Source: Fibrobacteria bacterium
GTDB lineage: Bacteria > Fibrobacterota > Chitinivibrionia > Chitinivibrionales > FEN-1185
Reading direction: 5' to 3'
Length of the DNA stretch: 64,000 nt
Assembly (NCBI GenBank): GCA_037447435.1
Contig: JBBIGR010000015.1
Location: 1 to 64,000, forward strand
A program made the position numbers and the translations under genes. Shown here piece after piece: positions 9,337 to 19,088 of the stretch. The notes beneath the pieces are model-generated. The model had not been told where the DNA came from and made no database searches. It saw only the letters and a list, made by a program, of their open reading frames with translations. How positions within the stretch are numbered: position 1 is the stretch's first letter; every line of letters starts with the position of its first letter.

Positions 9337-9514
9337 TGGCCTTTTCTTCCTCTTTCAGTTTTGCTGCTTCTTTAACGCCGTCGCTCGATGCTTTTTTAAA
9401 TTCCTTGATGCCCTCGCCGAGACCTTTTGCCAATTCCGGTATTTTTTTAGCGCCAAAGAGAAGTACAATGACTAAAAGAACAATTACCCAATGAAACGGA
9501 CTCATGGTACCCAT
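9296..9514 (-). CDS. tatA: twin-arginine translocase subunit TatA/E
   Basis: [34 protein letters not shown]. Confidence 0.95.
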   Translation of the reverse strand: MGTMSPFHWVIVLLVIVLLFGAKKIPELAKGLGEGIKEFKKASSDGVKEAAKLKEEEKANDSKPNSEIKKEG

Positions 9515-9710
9515 GATTTAACCTTTCGTTAAATTCCCCAAACCCCTGAGAAAGAAAAATAAATCTGCCTGCCCGCTTAATAATACTCTTTATTTTGAGC
9601 TGTATTGCTGTTTTTTTGTAAATTTTTTAAAAATCGGCAATTGCGTTATAAAATATATTAAGGGCCTGTAATTTGATATTTGACCGAAAAAAAAAGGTGC
9701 CTTTTATTTT

Positions 9711-10517
9711 ATGAATTACGAACCCCAGCACAGTGCCGAAAGTTTGGTTTACGGAATACATCCGGTTTCGGAACTCATTTCCACTAAAATCAGAAATATC
9801 GACCGCATTTATTTCGACAAAGAGCGCTCCAACGCCCAATTGTTCGAAGTGGTGAAGCTTGCGCGCAAGGAACGGCTTCCCTATCAGATGGTCCCCACGT
9901 TAAAGCTTGACCAACTATGCGGCAGCTCGAAACATCAGGGTGCGGTTGCGATTTGCACTGCGGTCGAGTACACGACCGCCGAAGATTTGATGACAAAACT
10001 CGAAAAGGATAATCGGCCGGGACTGTTGGTATTGCCGGCATCGATCGAAGACCCCCGCAATCTCGGCGCATTGATACGGACCTGCGTGGCGTTTAATGTC
10101 GACGGGCTTTTGCTGGAACGTAAAAACACCGCGCCGATAGGACCCACGGTCGCAAAAACATCGGCCGGAATGCTGGAGCATTTGCCGCTTGTAAAGCCGA
10201 AAAACCTCGAAGGTCTGGTAACGGATTTGGCGAAAAAGGGTTTCAATATCGTCGGCGCCGAAAAAGGCTGCTCGGCAAAACCCCAGGACATCGATTTCAA
10301 AAAGCCCACGGTCATCGTCATGGGCGGAGAAAACCGCGGCATACCGCCCTATTTGGCAAAACAATGCACCCATATGGTAGGAATCCCCATCTCAAGCCGG
10401 ACGCCGTCGCTCAACGTATCGGTGGCCACCGCGGTTTTCCTTTACGAATGCGCACGGCAACGGGAATTTGATTTCGGCGAAACCGCGTCGTCGAACCGAA
10501 TTGCCGGGCACAAATAA
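9711..10517 (+). CDS. rlmB: 23S rRNA Gm2251 methyltransferase (TrmH/SpoU family)
   Basis: YGIHPV, HQG, DPRNLGALIRT, GGENRG, SLNVSVA. Confidence 0.92.
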   Translation: MNYEPQHSAESLVYGIHPVSELISTKIRNIDRIYFDKERSNAQLFEVVKLARKERLPYQMVPTLKLDQLCGSSKHQGAVAICTAVEYTTAEDLMTKLEKDNRPGLLVLPASIEDPRNLGALIRTCVAFNVDGLLLERKNTAPIGPTVAKTSAGMLEHLPLVKPKNLEGLVTDLAKKGFNIVGAEKGCSAKPQDIDFKKPTVIVMGGENRGIPPYLAKQCTHMVGIPISSRTPSLNVSVATAVFLYECARQREFDFGETASSNRIAGHK

Positions 10518-10548
10518 AAAAGGGAATGCAGACGCATTCCCTTTTTTT
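10516..10548. terminator. bidirectional intrinsic terminator
   Basis: A6-GGGAATGC-AGAC-GCATTCCC-T7 between convergent genes. Confidence 0.88.
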
Positions 10549-10569
10549 ATTCGATCGATTTGGTCCGTA

Positions 10570-11757
10570 CTATTTATCGCCGAGCCCGAAAAACGAATCG
10601 AGCGTATTTTCGATATCTTCGCCGCTGATCATATCGTCGGGGTGAGACGCGGCAGCGACCGGAGCGGCTCCCTGAGCCGCCTGCGCTTTCTTTTGTTCGA
10701 AAACTGGCTCCGCATCCTTGACAACAATGGAATCGCCTTTCTTCGCATGCGCCGCGAGTTCTTCCCGGTCCCATTTGATCGTTTTCTCGACATGCAGCTC
10801 GTTTTCCTCGGTTTCGTCCGCCTGCTTAGTACCGGCGGTTTTATTGACTTTTGTCGAAATTTCCTTTTCAAAATCAAAGACATCGTCGGCATGCGCCGCG
10901 GGTTTGGCAAGAACTCCCTTTGGTTTTTCAGGCGCTGGCTTTTCGGCAACGCTCTTTTGCGACGCCGGGGCCGCCGGTTTTGTTTCTATGGTCTTGGCCT
11001 GCGGCTTAAGGGGCGCGGCCTCTTTGGGCTTAACGGGCGCCTTCGTGTCTTCATTGACGACGCTGATAATGCCGGTACGCAAATCCATGGCCGCTACATC
11101 GTCTTTTTGCTCGGTTTTGGTCGACAAAGGCGTTTGCGGCGGCGTTTGCATGGATTCGAGCGTGGGCATGGATTCGATACGCTGACGCAATTCGAAAATG
11201 GCGGTATCGGCATGCGGAAGCAAATGTTTGGCCGCAGGTTTTTCGGCCGGCGGCATGGCAGGCCGCGGCATCGGGTCCGCCGCGACATCGGTATGGACCG
11301 CCGGCTTAACACTTGCGACCGCGGGCTGCTCGGCAACCTTGACAGGAGCAACTTTTGTTTTTGTATCGGCAAGGAATTTATCGATGGGAAATACCGGCGC
11401 GTCGTCGTGCGGCGTATAGGCCGATGAAAAAAGCGCGATTCTGCTTTCGACGTATTTGACAAAATACGCGTCCAGCTCATGCATATTCGACGAAAGTAAT
11501 TTCCGGATTTTTTCAACGCGCGGGAGAAGCGCGGAACGCAGCGCATGCGGATTCATGGCCTTTGCGCCTGCAGAGGCTAAAATAGTGTCGGCTTCGGCAC
11601 ATTCTTCTCCGATTGTTCGCATTATGCCCGCTTTTTGCGAAGAGAAGGCATTCTTGATTTTGGAAAGTGAAAAAACAATCGCCCAAATGCCGATTGTCGT
11701 TAAACCACTCATAATCACGGCGATAATCAAAAGAAGCAGCTTGAGATCCATACACAC
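10570..11757 (-). CDS. membrane-anchored, largely low-complexity (Pro/Ala/Lys) hypothetical protein
   Basis: N-terminal TM helix, helical domain, long disordered linker, acidic C-terminal helix. Confidence 0.75.
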   Translation of the reverse strand: MCMDLKLLLLIIAVIMSGLTTIGIWAIVFSLSKIKNAFSSQKAGIMRTIGEECAEADTILASAGAKAMNPHALRSALLPRVEKIRKLLSSNMHELDAYFVKYVESRIALFSSAYTPHDDAPVFPIDKFLADTKTKVAPVKVAEQPAVASVKPAVHTDVAADPMPRPAMPPAEKPAAKHLLPHADTAIFELRQRIESMPTLESMQTPPQTPLSTKTEQKDDVAAMDLRTGIISVVNEDTKAPVKPKEAAPLKPQAKTIETKPAAPASQKSVAEKPAPEKPKGVLAKPAAHADDVFDFEKEISTKVNKTAGTKQADETEENELHVEKTIKWDREELAAHAKKGDSIVVKDAEPVFEQKKAQAAQGAAPVAAASHPDDMISGEDIENTLDSFFGLGDK

Positions 11758-11966
11758 AATCCTTTCAAGAAATGCGCGTTCGTTTAAGAAAATAGGCTAA
11801 AGAAATATAATACTATATTACACCGGAATCCTTTAAAAATCAATACAATCCCAAACTTCGCACGTATTTTGTCCCTTGTTAAAAAACGCCCCTCACTTAA
11901 TCGCTAAAATTACCATGTGCCCATGAGAGGGTTATAGTAAAATTTAGCAGGAGAATTAATTATTAC

Positions 11967-13748
11967 TCACAGCATCGCACGGCATGCAACATCATATACT
12001 TTTCGGTATTTTGCAACCGCATATTTCCACTCGAACGAATCGAGCGAACTGAGACCGTTCAGAATAAGCCCGCAATATTGTTTTTGGTCCTGAAATATGG
12101 AAATTGCCGATTCCATTGCGTTATACAGCGCGTCCACAATGGACTCATAGAGCGGAGATTTGATCCGCGACTCTAGGGATAAGTGGAAAAGTTTTTCCCA
12201 ATTTTCTTCCGCCAAAGACGGCGGATACTGTTCGCGGTACAAGATGCCGCTCGCCGCATCACGGCCGTGGTTTCGGGTAATATGCGACAACAATGTCCCG
12301 TAATACGGCGGCACGAAAACATCGTTTACCGGTGATATTTGCACCCACAAACCGCCGGTGGCCCGCGCAATGACCGGCGTTCCGCATAAAATGCCTTCGG
12401 TCGCCGCGCCGAACGGTTCGTACAAAGACGGCATGATCAGGAAACTTGCGCCCCTCACTATCGAATTATACTGGAGTTGCGGAATGCGAAAAGGCCATAA
12501 GGCGGCGTCTTTCCCCAGGCGTTTTACCGCATTGGTAAAGAATTCCATATCGACGCTGTTTTCCATTGATGCGCTGACGTTGGGACTGAACAGCAATTTT
12601 GCGCTGCCGCGACGGAGCCGTGAAAATGCGCGGAATACCGTATCGAACCCTTTTTGCATGGAGTCGAGCCTGCCGCTGACGAAAAATATCGGCACTTTTT
12701 TGTCTTTTTTTGTCAATTTGAGCGAGCCGACTATCCGTTCGTCTTTATAGGTTGCAAACACGTCGCACAGGTCGCTGCGCCATTTTTCTTTTTGCGAACA
12801 TATGGAAGCCACCGGATTCGTTGTTTGGGCCGCCTGCTCAAGCTGCGGGTCTTTTTCCCCGAAAATCCCGTTTTCAATGCCGATGGGCGCGTTCCTGCTG
12901 AAAACGCCGAGAAGATGATTTGTAAAGTGCCCGCGCTGCAGCGGATCGTTGCGCAGTTCATGCGCGAACGGCGTGCTGACCGTGGTAAGGGGCCCCGAAA
13001 GAAACGGGACACAAGCCTGCAATACGGTTTGCGCCGATGAAAATCTTCCGAAAAAACGGTGCATGACGGTTTTGGGCAATGGCGAATCGTAGGAATTATG
13101 AAGCGTTAAAAGCGTTTTGGCGCTTTTAAGAACTCCCCTGGTAACGGCAAGTTTGGAATTCAGCGCAACGGCCGCCGTTTCCCAGTCGTGCCCGTGAAAC
13201 AGCACATTGTTTACCAGTCCCAACCCGGCGCAGGCATACGGGACCGCCGCGCAGAACACCAGACTGTCCAGAAGCAGGTTCATGGGATCGGAATAATGGT
13301 ACGGGTCGAGTTCCGCCACAAACTGGTTTTCGATTTGCAAATAATACGACGGCACCGAAGCCTTGACATCCTCAAAACAGACGACGATGCGGCTTTCGCC
13401 GCCGCATTCGAACGGCACCGAACACCTGAGCTCAAAATGTTTTTGCTTTGCGGCCTTTTTTATGGCCGCGTGATTGGGATGATACGGCGTCATGAAAACG
13501 GTTTGTTCGCCTGAGTCTTTAAGAAATTTGGGAAGATACTTTGTCACGACCGACAATCCGCCAAGCGATGCGTATTGGTTTTCGAACGCAAGCAGAACCA
13601 CGGTGCGCTCCGAAGCGTTGAAGGCGCGGTCGCTTGCCTGCAGACAGTCGAGTTCGCGCTGGCCGAAAAACTCGTGATAGGCGGCACGGAACAACATCCA
13701 ACTGGAAAGTTTTATCTGGAAAATATGGTCATACTGTTGCGGAATCAT
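11967..13748 (-). CDS. glycogen/starch synthase-like glycosyltransferase (GT5-like)
   Basis: xxGGL, HGHDWETA, LTLHN, TTVSTPFA, GIENG, GRLD..QKG, PSLYEPFG, TPVIARATGGL. Confidence 0.85.
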   Translation of the reverse strand: MIPQQYDHIFQIKLSSWMLFRAAYHEFFGQRELDCLQASDRAFNASERTVVLLAFENQYASLGGLSVVTKYLPKFLKDSGEQTVFMTPYHPNHAAIKKAAKQKHFELRCSVPFECGGESRIVVCFEDVKASVPSYYLQIENQFVAELDPYHYSDPMNLLLDSLVFCAAVPYACAGLGLVNNVLFHGHDWETAAVALNSKLAVTRGVLKSAKTLLTLHNSYDSPLPKTVMHRFFGRFSSAQTVLQACVPFLSGPLTTVSTPFAHELRNDPLQRGHFTNHLLGVFSRNAPIGIENGIFGEKDPQLEQAAQTTNPVASICSQKEKWRSDLCDVFATYKDERIVGSLKLTKKDKKVPIFFVSGRLDSMQKGFDTVFRAFSRLRRGSAKLLFSPNVSASMENSVDMEFFTNAVKRLGKDAALWPFRIPQLQYNSIVRGASFLIMPSLYEPFGAATEGILCGTPVIARATGGLWVQISPVNDVFVPPYYGTLLSHITRNHGRDAASGILYREQYPPSLAEENWEKLFHLSLESRIKSPLYESIVDALYNAMESAISIFQDQKQYCGLILNGLSSLDSFEWKYAVAKYRKVYDVACRAML

Positions 13749-13877
13749 GGCCCTCTGCTTTATATGCGGATTCGTGTTCGTAGAGTTTCGCCGTCACATT
13801 CGTGCGTTGCCCAAAAAAGGCTCGTTCGAAAATACATCAAGACCATGCCCGGCGCCGATCATGTGCAATTGTAAAGA

Positions 13878-16082
13878 TCATAACATGTTTATGGGGTCTA
13901 TGTCCACTATGACCCGCACGTCGCGCGGGACCGCGACCGCCCTCCGCATCGCCTGCATGGCCTCCCCGATCGCCTTCGGCGAACCCGATTTTATTAAAAA
14001 GCAATATCGATAATCGTTTTTGAGGCGTTCCCAGGCGGCCTTTGCCGGCCCGAGTGTTCGTATGCCCGTATGGGCGGTCAGCAGACGTGCTATGCCGCCG
14101 CAGACCGAACGGACTTTCGCCTCGACGCGTCCCGTGACGAGTATGCGGGCCAATTTCCCGAACGGCGGATACGACAGCGCCTCTCTGTCGGAAATTTCCT
14201 TATTGTAAAATTCGACGTAATCGTGACTTTGGGCCGCAACGATGGCGCTGTCGTGCGGGAAATACGTTTGAATCACCACTTCGCCGTCGCTATCGGCCCT
14301 GCCTGCCCTGCCCGCGACCTGCGAAAGCAGCTGAAACGTGCGTTCCTGCGCCCGAAAGTCGGGAAAGTGCAAGCCCACGTCGGCAGCCAGAACGCCGACC
14401 AGGGCAACGCCGGGAAAATTGAGGCCCTTGGAAACCATTTGCGTTCCCAGAAGGATGTCGGCGTCGCGCCGCTCGAATGCTTCTATGATATCGATGTGCC
14501 CGGTTTTCCCTTTTGTCGTGTCCTGGTCCATGCGGATTATCCGGGCCTGCGGAAAATCGGCGCGAAGCAGTTCTTCGGCCTTTTGTATCGCGCAGCCCTT
14601 GAACTTGAGCTGTTGCCCCTTGCATTTGACGCAGGACACCGGCTCATCCTGGAAGTAGCCGCATTGATGGCATTTGAGCAACGCCTCGGATTTATGATAC
14701 GTTAAGCGTACCGAACACGAAGGACAAACGTACACATGGCCGCAATCTTTACAAATAAGTACGGTCGAAAATCCTCTCCGGTTGAGCAACAGTATGGTTT
14801 GCCGCTTCGCCGCAAGCGTCTCCTCGATGCGGATGCGTAAATACCGGGACAGAAACGTCCAATTGTTCACTTCCTGTTCCTGGCGCATGTCGACAACCCG
14901 GACGCCGGGCAGCGCGGCTTTTCCGAAACGTCGCGCCAAAGTGACCAGGCGATATTTGCCGGTTTGGGCGTTGTAATAGGTTTCCAGACTCGGCGTCGCG
15001 CTTCCCAGGACCACTGTTGCTTTTTGCATATGCCCGCGCATGACCGCCACGTCTCGCGCATGGTAACGCGGGTCGGTGTCGGACTGTTTGTAGCTTTGGT
15101 CGTGTTCTTCGTCCACGATGATGAGGCCGAGCCCGACGATGGGCACCAGTATGGCGCTGCGAACGCCGATGACCAGCCGCTTTCTGCCCGATACCAGCTC
15201 TGCCAGACTGTCGTAGCGCTCGCCGTCGGACATTCTGCTGTGTATGACGGCGATGCAATCGCCGACCGCATCGCGAAACCGTTGAATCGTTTGCGGGGTC
15301 AGGGAAATTTCGGGCACGAGAATTATCGCGCTTTGCCCTTGTTCCAGGGTTTTCTTCACCAAATCGATGTAGACATGGGTTTTTCCGCTGCCGGTTATTC
15401 CGTAAAGAAGATGGGGCTTGGCCGCTCCGTTTTCAACGATTTTCGCGACCGCTTCGACTTGTTCATTTGTCAATGTTATTCCGCCGCCGTACGCCGCGCG
15501 TTCTTCGGCAACCTTTTGTTCTTCGGATTTGCGCAGCACGGTAATGCGTTTTTTGACCAGAACGCCTTTTTTACACAATTCGCCCAGGACATGAGGGGTA
15601 ATCGCCAGGGCTGCCTGGCAAATTGTTGCAGTCAATTCCTCACCGACATAGCCTTTGATTTTTTGCAAGGCGACGGTTTGCTTATCGGTAAGTTCGATAT
15701 CCGGGAGATTATCCGCGGTTTGATATACGGTTACGAATTTCGATTTCGCCTCGATGAGGCTTTTCCGTATAAACGGTTTGAACAATTTGCCGAGATCGCA
15801 TTGGTAATACGAAGCCATCCATTCGTACAGCCTGATAAGCGAATTATCGGAATCGGACCATCGATCCGTTTTTACATCCTGGAGTTCCTTAAGCTTTTCA
15901 TGCGGAGAAAACGCCTTTAAGGCAACGATAACCCCCCACAGTTTCCGGCTCCTTAATTCGACAAAAGCAGGCATTCCAACACAAACTATACCAAAAAACC
16001 TGGACGGAATTGTATAATCGTATACACCGGACAAAACCATGGGAAATGCGATTGAGGCAATTTTGGAATCGGTATTTGCCAT
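13878..16082 (-). CDS. priA: primosomal protein N'
   Basis: GITGSGKT, VPEISLTPQ, DEEH, SATPSLE, NRRGF, Zn-finger Cys pairs, QVAGRAGR. Confidence 0.97.
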   Translation of the reverse strand: MANTDSKIASIAFPMVLSGVYDYTIPSRFFGIVCVGMPAFVELRSRKLWGVIVALKAFSPHEKLKELQDVKTDRWSDSDNSLIRLYEWMASYYQCDLGKLFKPFIRKSLIEAKSKFVTVYQTADNLPDIELTDKQTVALQKIKGYVGEELTATICQAALAITPHVLGELCKKGVLVKKRITVLRKSEEQKVAEERAAYGGGITLTNEQVEAVAKIVENGAAKPHLLYGITGSGKTHVYIDLVKKTLEQGQSAIILVPEISLTPQTIQRFRDAVGDCIAVIHSRMSDGERYDSLAELVSGRKRLVIGVRSAILVPIVGLGLIIVDEEHDQSYKQSDTDPRYHARDVAVMRGHMQKATVVLGSATPSLETYYNAQTGKYRLVTLARRFGKAALPGVRVVDMRQEQEVNNWTFLSRYLRIRIEETLAAKRQTILLLNRRGFSTVLICKDCGHVYVCPSCSVRLTYHKSEALLKCHQCGYFQDEPVSCVKCKGQQLKFKGCAIQKAEELLRADFPQARIIRMDQDTTKGKTGHIDIIEAFERRDADILLGTQMVSKGLNFPGVALVGVLAADVGLHFPDFRAQERTFQLLSQVAGRAGRADSDGEVVIQTYFPHDSAIVAAQSHDYVEFYNKEISDREALSYPPFGKLARILVTGRVEAKVRSVCGGIARLLTAHTGIRTLGPAKAAWERLKNDYRYCFLIKSGSPKAIGEAMQAMRRAVAVPRDVRVIVDIDPINML

Positions 16083-16181
16083 AATAAAAAGCTTGACTCC
16101 CACGGTCAGTCTTGTTATAAATTAGAATAATCGTTTATCATATATAAATAACAATTTCCCGAATACCAAGGACGAACTCTC

Positions 16182-18413
16182 GTGGTCATCGACATTGCCA
16201 ATGCCCAACCCGGTATGAAGCTTTTGGAAGACGTACTTCTTCCGAACGGGTCCATTTTGATCAACGCGTCCCAAATCCTGTCGCAAACCACTATCGGGGT
16301 AATGGCTAAACGAGGCATCAGGAAAATACAAATTGTTGCCGAGGCCGAGGAAACAAAACCGGTTGAAAAAGAAAAACCCGAGGAAACGCCGTCTTCGCCT
16401 CAAGACGAACTTGCCGCCATAGTCGAACAATTTACTCCCCCGTCTCCGCCGAAACTGCGGGTTGTGGTAAAAGACGATAAAATGTCGGTAAAATTATGCG
16501 TCGAACCCACCGATGCGCAAAACCAGATTTTGGAACGGGACCACATCATTGCGGTTTTATCCGAAAACAATATCGTATTCGGCATCAATGAACAGGCGAT
16601 ATCGGGCATTATCGAAAAATGGCTGAAATACAAGAGATACTATGAAGTAGAGGACATAGCCAAGGGGACCATGCCGCAGCCGGGAAAAGAAGGCCCTTAC
16701 GAATTCAAGGTGAAACATCTGACCACGCAGGCAGCGGTCGACGCAGTGAGAAAAATCAAATATTATTCCGATATTCCAAGGGATTTATTCGCAGACCGGG
16801 TCGACGCCGATACGGTGATTGCGGTGAGAGGAATAGACGTGCCGCCTTTTCCCGGTACCGATGTGTATGGAAACATCGTTACCACCGAAGAAACGATCAA
16901 GACGGAAATGAAAGGCGACAATTCCGTTTCGTTTGCAGATGACAATCAAAAAATCATCGCGAAAAGCACGGGTTTTGCCTATGTAATAAATTCGAATACC
17001 GTGGGCGTTGTTTTGTTTCAATTCGACGGCTCTATCGAGATCGCGATTCCGCAGGATAGGATGAAAGCCGAAATAACCGTCCACGCTCCGGGTCCTTTGG
17101 GCAAAGTGCCGACTCGCGACGACGTCAGGTCTCTCTTATTCGACAACAAAATCGTTTTCGGCGTCAAAGACGCAGTCATCGACGCCCTGTGCAAAGACCT
17201 GGTGAAGAACCGGTATCCCGGCGGTCCGGTTCTCATTGCCGAAGGGGTACCCGCAGTTCACGGGGAAAACGGCAAAGTGAAATTTTTGTTCAATACGCTG
17301 TCGTCATTAAAACCGAAAGTCAATAAAGACGGTTCCGCAGATTTTAAAAACATCGACCTTGTCAACTCGGTGACCAAAGGGCAAAAACTGGCCGAGCTCG
17401 AACCGCCGACAAACGGAACGCCGGGAAAAACCATTTTAGGCTCCGAATTGCCGTGTCTCAACGGGGAAAAGGCAAAACTTCCCATTGGTCAAAACACGGT
17501 GCTAAGCCAGGAAGATGCATCGGTATTGTGCGCAGGAACCGACGGCAATGTCCGGTACAACGGCTCGACCGTAGACATAAGCGAAGGATTCGTGATCAAG
17601 GGCAACGTCGATTTTTCCACAGGCAACATCAAATACCCGAAATCGGTAGAAGTCGCAGGCGATATCAAATCCGGTTTCCGCATCGAATGCGGCGGCGATT
17701 TGCAGGTTGCCGGCACTATCGAAGACGCGGACATACAAGTCAACGGCAATGTACTTTGTAAACTCGGCTTTGTGGGCCAGGGAAAAGGCCTCATCAATGC
17801 AAAAGGCGACGTGAACATAGGTTTTTTAAAAAACCAGACCGTGAAAAGCAGGCAAAACATCGCCATTGCGAAAGAAGCGCTCAATTGCACGCTCTTCGCC
17901 CGAAAGGCGATCGAAATTCATGGAAACCCGTTATCGTTGGCAGGCGGTAAAGTATTGGCACGCGACTCGGTAACCGCGCATACCATCGGCAACATGAGCG
18001 GCATTAAAACAATCGTCGAAGTCGGCACTGATTTTACGCTCATAGAAGAACTTGAAAAAACCGATGTCCAAATTGCGGAACTTGAAGAAAACCGGAAAAA
18101 AATACTCGTAACCTATCAGCGTTACGAGAAAATCAAGGAATTGAAAAAATCGCTGAGCGCCAAAGACGAATTTTTATTTGAGAAACTCAAGACGACGCTT
18201 TCGAAATACGACATGCAAATTAAAACCCTCGACGACCGGAAAGCGATTATCGCCGGTAAAATGAATAATTTTAAAACATCATTCATCAAAATCGAACATT
18301 CGGCAATGCCGGGTACGATGTTTAAAATCGGTCCCAGGCACTTTCTTGTCAAAGAAGAAATTATAGGGCCGAAATCGGTGCGGCTCATCAATGAGGAAAT
18401 TCGCGTCGTGTAA
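16182..18413 (+). CDS. FapA (DUF342) family protein with extra N-terminal domain
   Basis: two IVFG..IA.G..P..G repeats, DG..DFK, GNVDFSTGNI, beta-helix and coiled coil. Confidence 0.88.
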   Translation: MVIDIANAQPGMKLLEDVLLPNGSILINASQILSQTTIGVMAKRGIRKIQIVAEAEETKPVEKEKPEETPSSPQDELAAIVEQFTPPSPPKLRVVVKDDKMSVKLCVEPTDAQNQILERDHIIAVLSENNIVFGINEQAISGIIEKWLKYKRYYEVEDIAKGTMPQPGKEGPYEFKVKHLTTQAAVDAVRKIKYYSDIPRDLFADRVDADTVIAVRGIDVPPFPGTDVYGNIVTTEETIKTEMKGDNSVSFADDNQKIIAKSTGFAYVINSNTVGVVLFQFDGSIEIAIPQDRMKAEITVHAPGPLGKVPTRDDVRSLLFDNKIVFGVKDAVIDALCKDLVKNRYPGGPVLIAEGVPAVHGENGKVKFLFNTLSSLKPKVNKDGSADFKNIDLVNSVTKGQKLAELEPPTNGTPGKTILGSELPCLNGEKAKLPIGQNTVLSQEDASVLCAGTDGNVRYNGSTVDISEGFVIKGNVDFSTGNIKYPKSVEVAGDIKSGFRIECGGDLQVAGTIEDADIQVNGNVLCKLGFVGQGKGLINAKGDVNIGFLKNQTVKSRQNIAIAKEALNCTLFARKAIEIHGNPLSLAGGKVLARDSVTAHTIGNMSGIKTIVEVGTDFTLIEELEKTDVQIAELEENRKKILVTYQRYEKIKELKKSLSAKDEFLFEKLKTTLSKYDMQIKTLDDRKAIIAGKMNNFKTSFIKIEHSAMPGTMFKIGPRHFLVKEEIIGPKSVRLINEEIRVV

Positions 18414-18435
18414 TGGGATACCGTATTACCAAATT

Positions 18436-18855
18436 CTATACGCTGATGTTTTTCACCGCGACCGGAATTACAGGCTGTTTTTTCGAAATCGCACGTTCTA
18501 AAGCGGATTCGACCATGGTCTTTAATTCTTCAAAAGAAAACGGTTTTGTCAGATAGCCGAATGCGCCGAGCTTCACGGCAATATAGGCGCTTTCGACTTC
18601 GTTTTTTCCCACAACCATGATTGCCTCATACAGGTTTTCCTTTATCTTCAGATCTTCCAATAAAGCAATGCCTTCGCAAGGCCTTTGAACCATATCGATG
18701 AGAAAAAGGTCTATGACGAAATTTCTCGCCATAGACAAAACATCGCGATGTTCGGAAAAAGAGTACACGGTATACCCTTCGTGCCGAAGCATAATTTCAA
18801 GAATTTCCCGAACTTCATCGGCATTTTCAACTAAAACGATCGTTCCCTTACTCAT
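18436..18855 (-). CDS. single-domain response regulator receiver
   Basis: IVLVE, DLFLID, LGAFGYLTKPF. Confidence 0.85.
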   Translation of the reverse strand: MSKGTIVLVENADEVREILEIMLRHEGYTVYSFSEHRDVLSMARNFVIDLFLIDMVQRPCEGIALLEDLKIKENLYEAIMVVGKNEVESAYIAVKLGAFGYLTKPFSFEELKTMVESALERAISKKQPVIPVAVKNISV

Positions 18856-19043
18856 AGTTGCCCTTACAAAAAAAATAATCGTTTAAAAAGCGCCCTAATA
18901 ATATATCGTTTTTTTTAATCGTTTGCAATATAAAAACATCCTTTTATTATGGTTTTCAGTAAATTTGTTGATTACAGCATATGTCTATTTAATTTATCAC
19001 TATTTCACTCTTAATACTATAAATCGCCCCAAACAATACATTG

Positions 19044-19072
19044 TTGACAGTACGGGTTATTTACGTTATATT
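19044..19072 (+). promoter_or_regulatory. sigma70-type promoter of the TIGR02147 gene
   Basis: TTGACA-17 nt-TATATT. Confidence 0.7.
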
Positions 19073-19088
19073 ATGATTACATAATATT

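Noticed and set aside
10468..11427. 319-aa plus-strand ORF
   Set aside because: Antisense shadow of 10570-11757; Arg/Phe-rich with no motifs
14964..15920. 318-aa plus-strand ORF (and similar long ORFs opposite tatC, pilB, pilM, GH2)
   Set aside because: Antisense shadows of well-supported genes
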